From: Eubacteriales bacterium
GTDB lineage: Bacteria; Bacillota; Clostridia; Oscillospirales; CAG-272
Direction of reading: 5' to 3'
Assembly (NCBI GenBank): GCA_051867875.1
Contig: JBJDZG010000025.1
Span: forward strand, 18,101-82,100
DNA: 64,000 bases
Shown: in pieces, positions 18,510 to 28,099 of the stretch
Position numbering within the stretch: position 1 is the stretch's first letter
How the letters are laid out: the number at the start of each line of letters is the position of its first letter
Made by a program: the position numbers and the translations under genes
Notes under the pieces: generated by a model
Database searches by the model: none
What the model was told of the DNA's origin: nothing
What the model saw: only the letters and a program-made list of their open reading frames with translations

Positions 18510-18551
18510 TCAAAGCAAAGCAATTTATAAATGTAAAAAGGAGGTTATTTT

Positions 18552-19157
18552 GTGAATATATACGGATATATTCGAGTCAGTACAAGAGAACAAAACGAGG
18601 ACAGGCAGTTGATTGCTTTGCGAGAGGTTGGGATTGAGGACAATTTCATTTTTGTGGACAAGCAATCGGGCAAGGATTTCAACCGTCCGAAATACAAGCA
18701 ACTGCTTCGCAAACTGAAAAAAGACGACCTGCTCTACATAAAGAGCATAGACCGTCTCGGGCGAAACTATGAGGAAATTCTGCAACAGTGGCGACTGCTT
18801 ACAAAGGAGAAGGGCGTGGACATCGTGGTGCTGGATATGCCGCTCCTTGACACGCGGTGCGGAAAGGATTTGATGGGAACGTTCCTTTCTGACATCGTTT
18901 TGCAAGTGCTGTCTTTCGTTGCGGAGAACGAGCGTGTCAACATTCGCCAAAGGCAAGCCGAGGGCATTGCGGCGGCGAAAGCGCGGGGCGTAAAATTCGG
19001 AAGGCCGCCCAATTCGCTGCCCGGAAACTTCTGTGAGGTATACGGGCGTTGGAATTCCGGAGAGATTACGGGTACTGCCGCGGCAAAAATGTGCGGTATG
19101 CCGCTTGCGACTTTTCGCTATAAAGCGGACATTTACAAAAGCTCGAAAGCCTTGTAA
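18552..19157 (+). CDS. Small serine recombinase (resolvase/invertase family, Hin/Gin/Pin-like size)
   Basis: 201 aa. The N-terminal YGYIRVSTREQNEDRQ motif carries the catalytic Ser, and the basic C-terminus fits an HTH. GTG start 8 nt after AGGAGG. Confidence 0.9.
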   Translation: MNIYGYIRVSTREQNEDRQLIALREVGIEDNFIFVDKQSGKDFNRPKYKQLLRKLKKDDLLYIKSIDRLGRNYEEILQQWRLLTKEKGVDIVVLDMPLLDTRCGKDLMGTFLSDIVLQVLSFVAENERVNIRQRQAEGIAAAKARGVKFGRPPNSLPGNFCEVYGRWNSGEITGTAAAKMCGMPLATFRYKADIYKSSKAL

Positions 19158-19174
19158 ACAGGCGTTTTTACAAT

Positions 19175-19321
19175 AATGTGTACTTTGTTGTAAGGTACAC
19201 TCACTCCATTTTCTTCGTGTATTATATCACCATTTTTGTAAAAAGTCAATAGTTTGAGGCAAATTTTTCATATAGCGGGATTTTTAGGCTCAAAAAAGGA
19301 ACTTACAAAAAAGTACACAAT
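19175..19321. promoter_or_regulatory. Invertible DNA segment (inverton): IRL 19175-19194, IRR 19302-19321, 107-bp core carrying a promoter
   Basis: The reverse complement of IRL (CTTACAACAAAGTACACATT) matches IRR (CTTACAAAAAAGTACACAAT) at 18/20. The segment lies directly between the recombinase gene and the downstream operon. Confidence 0.75.
19221..19249 (-). promoter_or_regulatory. Near-consensus sigma-A promoter inside the invertible segment, currently facing away from the operon (OFF)
   Basis: On the minus strand: TTGACT (19249-19244), 17-nt spacer, TGaTATAAT (-10 at 19226-19221). Confidence 0.75.
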
Positions 19322-19367
19322 TTCACATTTTTTGTGTATTGTCAAGGCTTATTTGGGAGGTTTCTTT

Positions 19368-20294
19368 GTGACTCTGGCAGAATATTTCCAAACTAATCCG
19401 GAACTTGAAAGAGAGTGGGACAGGGAGGCGAATGCTCAAATTTCTGTTGATACCGTTTCCTACGGCACTCACAAAAAAGCGTCGTGGCGATGCTCTCAAG
19501 GGCACAAATGGGAAGCAAATATCAACAGCCGTGTTTCCTCAAAACGCGGTTGCCCGTACTGCGCGGGCAAGGCGGTGCTTGCCGGATACAATGACCTGAC
19601 GACTGTAAATAAGGAAGTCTTGAAATTCTGGGATTACGAGAAAAACACCGACATTTCTCCCACGGAGGTTGCCGAATTTTCAAAAAAATCAGTTTGGTGG
19701 AAGTGCGAGCTGGGGCACTCCTGGAAGCAAAGCATTCAAGTGATGACCTCATCTGCAACGAAGGGCTCGGGCTGTCCCGTCTGCGATAGCAAAGTGGTGC
19801 TTAAAGGCTTCAACGACCTTGCGTTTTTGCGTCCCGACGTGGCAAAAGAGTGGTGCTACGAGCTTAACCGGCTTAAACCCGACGAGGTTTCGGCAGGAAG
19901 CAAGTCAAAAGCTTGGTGGAAATGTGAGCTGGGGCATACTTGGGAGGCTTACATACATGCAAGAACGGGTGCAGGCGAGAGCAAATGCCCATACTGTGCA
20001 AAAAAAAGGGCGTGGGAAGGCTTTAACGACCTCAAAACCGTCAACCCGCACCTCGCATCGGAGTGGGACGACAAGCTCAACGGCGACCTGAAACCTACGC
20101 AGGTAACGAAAGGCGCGCATAAAAAAGTTTGGTGGAAATGCAGTGCGGGGCACGTTTGGCAAGCATACGTATATGCAAGATCCAAGGAAAACGGCACGGG
20201 CTGTCCCGTCTGCGCGGGCGTTACACGCAAGCCGAAAGATTTCTACCTTGACACGGACAACAGCGCCGTAAGGCGTTTATATAAATCAATCTAA
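19368..20294 (+). CDS. Cytoplasmic protein with four tandem zinc-ribbon repeats (DUF4379-like treble-clef repeats)
   Basis: Four units of about 70 aa, each with W(W)KC..GH.W ... GCP.C ... G.NDL. GTG 19368 lies 7 nt after GGGAGG. The ORF-track TTG start at 19254 would read through IRR. Confidence 0.7.
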   Translation: MTLAEYFQTNPELEREWDREANAQISVDTVSYGTHKKASWRCSQGHKWEANINSRVSSKRGCPYCAGKAVLAGYNDLTTVNKEVLKFWDYEKNTDISPTEVAEFSKKSVWWKCELGHSWKQSIQVMTSSATKGSGCPVCDSKVVLKGFNDLAFLRPDVAKEWCYELNRLKPDEVSAGSKSKAWWKCELGHTWEAYIHARTGAGESKCPYCAKKRAWEGFNDLKTVNPHLASEWDDKLNGDLKPTQVTKGAHKKVWWKCSAGHVWQAYVYARSKENGTGCPVCAGVTRKPKDFYLDTDNSAVRRLYKSI

Positions 20295-20328
20295 TATATC
20301 TCGAAAAAATTACGGAGGAAAATTAGTA

Positions 20329-23300
20329 ATGAAAAACAACAAAAAGAGGGGCTTTACCCTCGTCGAATTGCTGGTTGTAATTGCGATTCTCGCAATTCTC
20401 GCAACAGTAAGCGTAGTTGGATATACCTCTTTCATTGAAAGGGCCGCAGTGTCTAACGACGAAAATGTAGCGACTCAGCTCAATCAGTTTTTGATAGCAC
20501 TCAAAGCTGACTCAAACGGTGAGTTCTACGGACAGGAAATCGACGAGAATAATATTTGGCAGGTAACTCAGTATATTCTCGAAGAAGGCGGACTTGGTGA
20601 GCTTGAGCCTCAGTCAAAACAACACTTCTACTTTGACCTTGATACAGGCAAGTATGTTGTAATGACCGACAGTGCTGCCGGCGTTTCTCTTGCAAAGAAA
20701 TTATTTAATTATTTTGCAAATGCCGCAGAACCCGAGTATAACGCAAGACCCGGTAACTGTTTTACAGAGAATAGACAGTATTTCTATGTAGACACAACCG
20801 GCTCTGATCTTGCTAATGTTATCAGACAGTTCTACACATTCGACAGAGAAAATCCCGATGATACATTTGATTATTCTGAATTCCAGACACTTTGCGCAGG
20901 AAATAAAATTCTCTCGGAACTTAAAACACTCGCTGCCCAGAGCGTATTGGTAACAAAGGACGGAATTTTCTATAATAGAAATTCAAGCATCCTTACAAAT
21001 ATGTTCTTCCACGATGACGAGGGACTTCAGTTGATGGAAACACCTGAAATTACTCTTACTGCTGTTGATGGCAAAGTGGATTCCATCATAGTACCCGAAA
21101 ATGTTGAATTCTTCGGTATTGGTGCATTCAATGTTACAGTTGTAGGTGAAGCAACAAATGCACCCGTTATAATCAATAAAACTGCTGAAGAAATTCAAGA
21201 TAATCTTTCAGAAGATTTTACAAATGTAAACTTCGTTCTTGCTGATGGTGAGGAGTGGAAAACTACAATTCCCGCAAGTGGTGCTAATGCAGGAACTCCT
21301 GTAATTACACCTGTTGAACCCTCTGAACAAGAGTATCCCATCGGTGGCGCAAATCCCATGGTAGAATTCGATATTGCCGTGCCGGATAATTTCAAATCCT
21401 ATACTTCGGTAAAGGAAAATACAAACGGTGTAAACATACTTAATGTTCCTACAATCGTATGGCATACAGGTTCTGTTGATTTGGGACTCTATAAAAACGA
21501 TATCGTTGCACAAAATACTACAAGACCTGTTTCATCTACGAGAGTAACATGGGCTTTGACGGATAGTGATGGAAATCCTGCAACTTATGAGGGTATTTCT
21601 CTTGACAACGGTGTTCTTACACTCTCCAGAGTTGGTGATATGTATCCCACAACATCTGTTATTTATGTAACTGCAACGGCTGTTCGTGGCGATGCGACAA
21701 AGACGTTTGCAATAAATCTTTCCCGCGGTAATAATGCCACAATAACAGTAGACGGCGCTACAGCTACATCGGAAGGTGATACTAATACTATTGACGTTCT
21801 TTGGGGCGAAGATTTGAATGAAACAGAAGGTTTCAAACGCTTATATACTGTTGGTGCAACTCTTACAGGATGGGATAATAAGGTAAGCACAAACTTTAAA
21901 TATGATAGCGATATTAAGATTGTTGTTCCCGCCAGTGAAACGAAGTACAGCGCCGATGGAACAAAACTTGTAACACCTAATACACTTATGGGTGATGAAG
22001 ATGCAAGTATGACATTTACATTTGAGATAATTATCGGCGGTTATTATAAAGAAAAGGTAACAATTACTTTGAATCACGGAGCACATTTCTTCACACAGGT
22101 AAGCTCCGGTCTTAAATACGTCGGAACTGAAGGCTCTACGATCAAATTCAGCGATTTGTTTAAGCAGGTCGATTCATCGGCTACATACGAAAATGTTAAA
22201 CTTAACCTTTATATAGTTCCTCAGGCAGGTCAAGCCCAGACCATTCAGAATTTGGATAACAATTATAAATTGCCAACAAATTCTAATGATGCAAGCACTG
22301 ACGGTGTATTCGCATCTGTTCAGAACATAGGAGCTGACGGCTCAATTGATTTTGACCTTATTAACCCTGCAATACCCGTGAAGATAATTGCCGTTGTAAC
22401 AGTTGACGGTTTGCGTGCTTCCAAAAACTATGAACTTACAGTAGTAGGTGGCACAAATATCAGAGAGTATGAAGAAACCGGTGATACCGGCGACGCACTT
22501 GCTGATATGATTGAAAATGCATATCTTTCGGTTAACCCGGTTTTCCTTAATGATATTACAATGTCCGGCACTGTTAATAAATTTTGTGTCAGTGGTAAGA
22601 CAATCTACGGAAATGGTTTTACTTTCAATGTTAAGAATGGTATAAGAACAGAAGAGGGTATTATTGATATTACGAATACAAGGATTCAGGATTTGAAACT
22701 TGTTGGTAGCGTATATTCTGAATTTGCCGGTTCAGTATCTTATGATTGCGGTTCATCTGTAATCATGGCAAGAGGTAATTCTTATATCTATAACTGTTAT
22801 ATTGCTAACACACGTTCTCCTTTGAGAACAAGTGGTAATACAATAATTGAAGATTGCACTCTCTTCGGCGGTAGATACTCCAATATTGACATAACCGGCG
22901 GTACGGTTACTATCAGAGGAACAGTTACAACCGTTCAGCAGAAGTACTCCAATGACGGTGCTACTAATGTTATCGGCGTTGGTGTTGCTACTTGGTTTAA
23001 CGACAATTATAAGACAGTAAAGGTAGAAACGGGTGCAGAATTCAAGCAGTACAACTTTATGGATTCCACTGTATCAGAGTCTTTACCAGCACTTAAGATG
23101 GAAGCCACAGATAGCATATCATTAGAGCTTATTCAGTTGAAAGACCTCTTTAAGGATTTGTTTACTGATACTTATAAAGATTATCGCTTTACCCTTAATG
23201 GTACGGAGTATGTTAACTCAGGTATGATTTCTCTTGACAAGTATATGTTAAATTATAGCGTAACTATTGCAAAGTCGAATGATTATAAAGGTACTCTTGT

Positions 23301-23862
23301 CAAAAAATATAGATATAACTATACAATTAAACTCACTACAAATGTGTCTGATAGTGATACGTTTACAATCGTGTGCCCATCAGGTACGTATATATATAAC
23401 AACAGTGTCGTTTCTTCCGTTGAAGTAACCGGAGCAGAGTTGAAAGCCGGAGTAGTATTTAAAACAAATGATTATAAGTTGAATTCTCCTGGTGATGCGA
23501 CAAAATTTGATTTCCTGATAGAGAATGATAAGTATAAAACACTTGTTACAAGTGGACTTGCGTCGTATGATAACCTACTTTATAAGCATGACATGGGTGC
23601 GGCATTTGACCTAGCTATCACTGCTGGTGGACTCATAACTGATGTAGCTGGTCTCTTCCACAGTAAAGGTATCCACTACAATCAATTGCTTGTAGACGTG
23701 CATACTCCTACCGATGACAATCAGATTAATGGCGCAGAGTCCATATACTATCAATATTTAAGAGAATATCTTGCGGCTGTTGAACAGAATTTCTTTACAC
23801 CTGAAAATTACGACTTCAATGAGCAGGGCAAATTACCTGTATTTGAATTAGCAGGGGAATAA
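20329..23862 (+). CDS. Giant prepilin-type N-terminal cleavage/methylation domain protein (1177 aa), putative surface/adhesin-like
   Basis: N-terminus KKRGFTLVELLVVIAILAILA is a class III (type IV pilin) signal with G|FTLVE. The C-terminal part has a beta-helix-like repeat character. RBS GGAGG. The gene is AT-rich. Confidence 0.8.
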   Translation: MKNNKKRGFTLVELLVVIAILAILATVSVVGYTSFIERAAVSNDENVATQLNQFLIALKADSNGEFYGQEIDENNIWQVTQYILEEGGLGELEPQSKQHFYFDLDTGKYVVMTDSAAGVSLAKKLFNYFANAAEPEYNARPGNCFTENRQYFYVDTTGSDLANVIRQFYTFDRENPDDTFDYSEFQTLCAGNKILSELKTLAAQSVLVTKDGIFYNRNSSILTNMFFHDDEGLQLMETPEITLTAVDGKVDSIIVPENVEFFGIGAFNVTVVGEATNAPVIINKTAEEIQDNLSEDFTNVNFVLADGEEWKTTIPASGANAGTPVITPVEPSEQEYPIGGANPMVEFDIAVPDNFKSYTSVKENTNGVNILNVPTIVWHTGSVDLGLYKNDIVAQNTTRPVSSTRVTWALTDSDGNPATYEGISLDNGVLTLSRVGDMYPTTSVIYVTATAVRGDATKTFAINLSRGNNATITVDGATATSEGDTNTIDVLWGEDLNETEGFKRLYTVGATLTGWDNKVSTNFKYDSDIKIVVPASETKYSADGTKLVTPNTLMGDEDASMTFTFEIIIGGYYKEKVTITLNHGAHFFTQVSSGLKYVGTEGSTIKFSDLFKQVDSSATYENVKLNLYIVPQAGQAQTIQNLDNNYKLPTNSNDASTDGVFASVQNIGADGSIDFDLINPAIPVKIIAVVTVDGLRASKNYELTVVGGTNIREYEETGDTGDALADMIENAYLSVNPVFLNDITMSGTVNKFCVSGKTIYGNGFTFNVKNGIRTEEGIIDITNTRIQDLKLVGSVYSEFAGSVSYDCGSSVIMARGNSYIYNCYIANTRSPLRTSGNTIIEDCTLFGGRYSNIDITGGTVTIRGTVTTVQQKYSNDGATNVIGVGVATWFNDNYKTVKVETGAEFKQYNFMDSTVSESLPALKMEATDSISLELIQLKDLFKDLFTDTYKDYRFTLNGTEYVNSGMISLDKYMLNYSVTIAKSNDYKGTLVKKYRYNYTIKLTTNVSDSDTFTIVCPSGTYIYNNSVVSSVEVTGAELKAGVVFKTNDYKLNSPGDATKFDFLIENDKYKTLVTSGLASYDNLLYKHDMGAAFDLAITAGGLITDVAGLFHSKGIHYNQLLVDVHTPTDDNQINGAESIYYQYLREYLAAVEQNFFTPENYDFNEQGKLPVFELAGE

Positions 23863-23863
23863 A

Positions 23864-24556
23864 ATGAAATTTCAAAGCATTCATAAAAGAAAAAAACTAA
23901 TCGTACTGATTGTTGTTGGCGTTCTGTTTCTTGCTTGTATCATTGGCGTAATTATTTTCCAACTTGTCTCCGAGGAACGACAGAAACAAGAGGAGCTGGC
24001 GGTTACCTACGGCATAGCAATTGCCAATAAGCCCAATAAAATGGTTTATCTTGTTGGAGAGAGGTTTGAGCCCGAAGGCTTGACAGTTCAACTCATAACA
24101 AATAAAGCGGGAGCAGCGCAGTTTGTTGATTATACTAAACTGACATTTACAGGTTTTGATAGTTCAGTTCCCAATGATTCAGTAGCTGTTACTGTATCTT
24201 ACGGCGAATTTGCTACTATACTTGTGGTGAAAGTTGAAGCCGACCCAACAGCCGATCCCGGTTCAGATTCAAATCCGGAGTCTCAGGAAAGTACCATTGA
24301 AATTCGAGATATGATATTAACATATACTATGAGTAGATGGAATTCTCGCGGTCCCAGCACTTACGGTGCGTACGCCCTGATTACCAAACCCGATGGTACG
24401 GAGTATGGAAGCCTTACGGAAACGGCATTATCAAACGATATGATTCGGAACTATGAAAAAGTTTCTGAACCGTGCGAATACGAATTGATTATTCTCTATA
24501 TTGAAAAAGATGGAACAGAGCATCGCGCAACTGTTACCGTAACGATTACAGAATAA
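23864..24556 (+). CDS. Membrane-anchored protein with a Big_3-like bacterial Ig domain
   Basis: N-terminal TM helix, then KPNKMVYLVGERFEPEGLTVQL...FTGFDSS...VTVSYGEFATILVVKV, typical of Big_3. ATG lies 1 nt after the upstream stop. Confidence 0.7.
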   Translation: MKFQSIHKRKKLIVLIVVGVLFLACIIGVIIFQLVSEERQKQEELAVTYGIAIANKPNKMVYLVGERFEPEGLTVQLITNKAGAAQFVDYTKLTFTGFDSSVPNDSVAVTVSYGEFATILVVKVEADPTADPGSDSNPESQESTIEIRDMILTYTMSRWNSRGPSTYGAYALITKPDGTEYGSLTETALSNDMIRNYEKVSEPCEYELIILYIEKDGTEHRATVTVTITE

Positions 24557-24570
24557 TAAAACAAACAATT

Positions 24571-24595
24571 AAAGGAGAGCTTCGGCTCTCCTTTT
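24571..24595. terminator. Intrinsic terminator between convergent genes
   Basis: AAAGGAGAGC-TTCG-GCTCTCCTTTT. Confidence 0.8.
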
Positions 24596-24611
24596 CTTGG
24601 TGTTTTGAATA

Positions 24612-25835
24612 TTATTTTTGTTTCTTCGTCTCAATAAGTTCAATTCTCTCGTGGAGCGGGGGATGATTATAGGTGAGTTTAACTACGGTGGGGTGGGGAT
24701 TCATATCGGAGAGACTATCCTTGCAGAGCTTTTTGAGTGCGGAGATGAGTTCGTTGCCGTAGCCTTTTTCAAAGGCGAGGGCGTCGGCTCTGCGCTCCAT
24801 GGCTCTTGACATATAGTTGAACGGAATTTGCATAAGGGAAGTAACAATTCCGAGCAGGCTTCCGAACGCTACGTAGTAGGCGAAAAGGATACTCGGCTCG
24901 GAGAAGCCGAAGCTTGCGGAAATCGAGGGGAAAATCATACAAATGCTCATCATCAGCATCATCGGCAGGAAGTTGAGAATGTTACAAAGAGTCAGGACTG
25001 TGGTGTCCTTATTCTTAAAATGAGCGAGCTCGTGGGCGAAAACCGCGGTTATTTCGCCGTCGGTATAATTATTTACGAGGTTATCGTAGAGCACTATCTG
25101 TTTGAGCTTGCCGATACCGCCGCAGTAGGCGTTTGCCTTTGTTGTACGGCGCGACGCGTCCATAACGTAGATATCTTTGAGCTTAAAGCCCGCTTCCTCG
25201 AACATTGAAGTGAGGTTATTGCGAAGCTCGCCCTCGGGCAGAGGTGTGAACTTATTGAAAATCTTTGAGAACACGGTTGAAAGAGCGCTGCACACTATCA
25301 TAATTACGGCAATACCTATAAAGGCAATTATGCCGAAATACTCGCCGATAAGCGCATACGCGCCGTAAACGAGCATGAAGATGAGTACGGTAAACAGAGT
25401 ATTAAGAACAAAATTCTTTATCTGGTCGAGCACGAAGGTTTTGGGTGTAATCTTATTAAATCCGAACTCCGCCTCAATTTTGAAGTTGAATATGTACTCA
25501 AACGGAAGTCCTACGACGATGTCAGCAAGGCTCATCAGCGCGAAGAAAAGAATTGATTTTACTATCTCGTTTCCGGGGAGAAGATAGTAAATGAAAGAAA
25601 TGAAATTCGTGCAGTAGAGCACGATGCTTACGGCGAGAAAGACGATTCTGCTTATAAGGAAGAGTCTGTCCTTTTTATTGTTGTATCTTCTCCAGCGGTC
25701 ATACTCCTCTTTGTTATAGATATCCGCAACGCTTGCGGGCAGGGGCTTGCCGACCTGTTTATTATCAAGTATCTGTAAAAAGAGTTTGAAAACAAAGTTA
25801 AGGGCGAGCAATACGAAAAATATAATTTTATACAT
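24612..25835 (-). CDS. M48 family zinc metalloprotease (Ste24/HtpX-like)
   Basis: 407 aa, multi-TM N-terminal half, HELAHF (HExxH) motif, GGAGG RBS. Confidence 0.85.
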   Translation of the reverse strand: MYKIIFFVLLALNFVFKLFLQILDNKQVGKPLPASVADIYNKEEYDRWRRYNNKKDRLFLISRIVFLAVSIVLYCTNFISFIYYLLPGNEIVKSILFFALMSLADIVVGLPFEYIFNFKIEAEFGFNKITPKTFVLDQIKNFVLNTLFTVLIFMLVYGAYALIGEYFGIIAFIGIAVIMIVCSALSTVFSKIFNKFTPLPEGELRNNLTSMFEEAGFKLKDIYVMDASRRTTKANAYCGGIGKLKQIVLYDNLVNNYTDGEITAVFAHELAHFKNKDTTVLTLCNILNFLPMMLMMSICMIFPSISASFGFSEPSILFAYYVAFGSLLGIVTSLMQIPFNYMSRAMERRADALAFEKGYGNELISALKKLCKDSLSDMNPHPTVVKLTYNHPPLHERIELIETKKQK

Positions 25836-25861
25836 TTAATTTACCTCCGTAAATAATTATT

Positions 25862-27265
25862 TTACACGTCCTCATCGGGAATGGGGGCGATTTTCGTCTT
25901 ATAAATTTTAATGAAGAAGAACACGGAAAGCACGAGGCAAACGAACTCGGCGATGGGATAAGCCCACCAGACGTAGTTGATATTTCCCGTCAGTGAGAGC
26001 AGGTACGCGACGGGGAGAAGCGTAACGAGCTGACGGCCTATGGACACTATCATTGAGAAAACGCTGTAACCGAGTGCCTGGAACACCGCTCCGCAGATGA
26101 TTGAAAATCCAGCGAAGATGAAGCTTATGGAGATGGTTCGCAGGGCGTTTACTCCGACGGTGCTTATAGCTTCCTCACTCATATTGAACATTGAGAGAAA
26201 GACCTCGGGGAAGATTTGGAACAGTGTGAATCCGAGGAGCATAAAGCTGACGGCGTATATAAGTCCGAGATAGGTCGTGCGGATTATTCTCTTCTTTTTG
26301 CGCGCGCCGTAGTTATAGGAAACTATTGAAATCATACCGTTATTGAAGCCGAAAACGGGCATAAACACGAAGCTCTGGAGCTTGAAGTAGATACCGAAAA
26401 CATTGACTGCGTATTCACTGAGCGGCATAATGATTTTATTGAAGGTTGCCGTCATAAACGAGCCTATGGAGTTCATAAGAATTGAGGGAAGACCTATTTC
26501 AAATATCTCTTTGATGCACTTGAAGTCCGGTTTTATGAATTTTGCGTGGAGTCTTACCTCTTTGTTAAAGCGAAGGTGCAGAAGTGCGCCCGTAAGTCCC
26601 GACAGTATCTGACCGAGGACGGTGGCGATTGCCGCGCCTTTAATTCCGAGGGCGGGGAACCCGAGCCAACCGAAAATAAGAATGGGGTCGAAAATAATAT
26701 TGAATATCGTGCCCACGAGCTGTGTCGTCATAGAAAGGGTGGTCTTGCCCGTTGACTGCATAAATTTTTCGTGGACTACCTGACAGAAAAGTCCGAAGGA
26801 GCAAAGAAAGCAGATTTGAAGATAGCTCGTGCCCATTTCCACGACCTCTGCGCGAGCGGACGCGTCGGCGATATCCGTCGTCATCATTTGGAGATAAGGG
26901 CGCGCGGCGAGCGTGCCGACGCTCGCAAACAAAATATAGCTGACTATGGCAAGAAAGAGCCCCTGACTCGCTATTTTGTCGGCTTTTTCACGGTTTCCGA
27001 GTCCGAGATTTCGGGAAATGAGCGCGTTTATGCCGACGCCCACGCCGACGGACACCGCTATCATAAGGTTTTGTGCGGGGAAGGATAGATTTACCGCGGT
27101 CAGCTCGTACTGGAGCTCGGGGTTTATCGCAGCGACGAAAAGTCCGTCGATTATATTGTACATCGCCTGAATCAGCATGGAGAGCATCATCGGGATTGAC
27201 ATTGACAAAAGCAATTTATTTTCGGGCATATAGCCCATTTTGTTCTGTTTTACTGTTGAACTCAA
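25862..27265 (-). CDS. MATE family efflux transporter
   Basis: 12-TM profile with MATE-like sequence. TTG 27265 lies 6 nt after GGAGG and is preferred. The ORF-track ATG at 27298 lies only 8 nt after a TGATATAAT -10 element. Confidence 0.8.
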   Translation of the reverse strand: MSSTVKQNKMGYMPENKLLLSMSIPMMLSMLIQAMYNIIDGLFVAAINPELQYELTAVNLSFPAQNLMIAVSVGVGVGINALISRNLGLGNREKADKIASQGLFLAIVSYILFASVGTLAARPYLQMMTTDIADASARAEVVEMGTSYLQICFLCSFGLFCQVVHEKFMQSTGKTTLSMTTQLVGTIFNIIFDPILIFGWLGFPALGIKGAAIATVLGQILSGLTGALLHLRFNKEVRLHAKFIKPDFKCIKEIFEIGLPSILMNSIGSFMTATFNKIIMPLSEYAVNVFGIYFKLQSFVFMPVFGFNNGMISIVSYNYGARKKKRIIRTTYLGLIYAVSFMLLGFTLFQIFPEVFLSMFNMSEEAISTVGVNALRTISISFIFAGFSIICGAVFQALGYSVFSMIVSIGRQLVTLLPVAYLLSLTGNINYVWWAYPIAEFVCLVLSVFFFIKIYKTKIAPIPDEDV

Positions 27266-27435
27266 TTTTATCCTCCGTTTTGTGATTTTTCTATTCATAA
27301 TGAATCATTATATCACATTTTTTGGGGTTTTGCAACTACATATCGGGAAAAGATGTGTTTTTTTATGTAAATTTGATAAAAATGTTAACGGTTTCAAAAC
27401 ATTTGTTAACAATTATGTATTTAGAAAAATAATTC

Positions 27436-27464
27436 TTGACATAATATGCAAAAAATCGTATAAT
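27436..27464 (+). promoter_or_regulatory. Sigma-A promoter for the phospholipid gene cluster
   Basis: TTGACA, 17-nt spacer, TATAAT. Confidence 0.7.
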
Positions 27465-27505
27465 TAAGATTGAATAACTGTACATTGTTTGCATAAGGAG
27501 GAAGT

Positions 27506-28099
27506 ATGAAAGAACTTTTCAAAAAAATTTTCAAAAAGATGCACGACGAGCTTTTTACCGTGCCCAATATGTTATCGATTTTCCGACTTTTGCTAATCCC
27601 CGTTATAGTATATACGTATATATTCGCGCACGAAAACATTCTGACGGTTGTACTTATAGCCATTTCGAGTATTTCCGATATGATTGACGGATATATCGCA
27701 AGAAAATTCAATATGATAACCGATTTCGGCAAATTCCTTGACCCGCTTGCCGACAAAGCCACGCAGATTACGGTCATCGCGTGTCTTATTACGAAATTCA
27801 AGTTGATGATACTTCCGTGCGTCGTGCTTTTCGTAAAAGAGCTCAGCTCGCTTTTGCTCCGCCTTGAAGTGTTCAAAAAAACCGAAAAGGTGGAATGTGC
27901 CAAGTGGCACGGCAAGGCGTCAACGGTGCTTCTTGTGATTATGATGGCACTTCATATCGCTTTGCCTGACTTTATTGCGCCCGCGGCCATGAGCACGTTT
28001 TCCGCCGTTTCGATTATCTTCTGCACGCTCTTTATGCTGTTCTCGTTTACTCTTTACACTATTGACGCGCTAAAGCTTATTCATCAAAATGAAAATTAA
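27506..28099 (+). CDS. CDP-alcohol phosphatidyltransferase (PgsA-like)
   Basis: DGYIARKFNMITDFGKFLDPLADK matches D-G-x2-A-R-x8-G-x3-D-x3-D. 197-aa membrane protein. Confidence 0.8.
   Translation: MKELFKKIFKKMHDELFTVPNMLSIFRLLLIPVIVYTYIFAHENILTVVLIAISSISDMIDGYIARKFNMITDFGKFLDPLADKATQITVIACLITKFKLMILPCVVLFVKELSSLLLRLEVFKKTEKVECAKWHGKASTVLLVIMMALHIALPDFIAPAAMSTFSAVSIIFCTLFMLFSFTLYTIDALKLIHQNEN

Noticed and set aside
18552-19321. Recombinase as a Tn3-type resolvase with a res site, or as part of a prophage tail-fibre switch.
   Set aside because: The window has no transposase, terminal repeats or phage genes. The repeats are inverted, not direct, and they bracket a promoter, which fits an invertase switch.
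19254-19367. ORF-track TTG start at 19254 for the zinc-ribbon protein.
   Set aside because: It would place the N-terminal 38 codons across the invertible segment and IRR, and it has no RBS. GTG 19368 has GGGAGG at 7-nt spacing.
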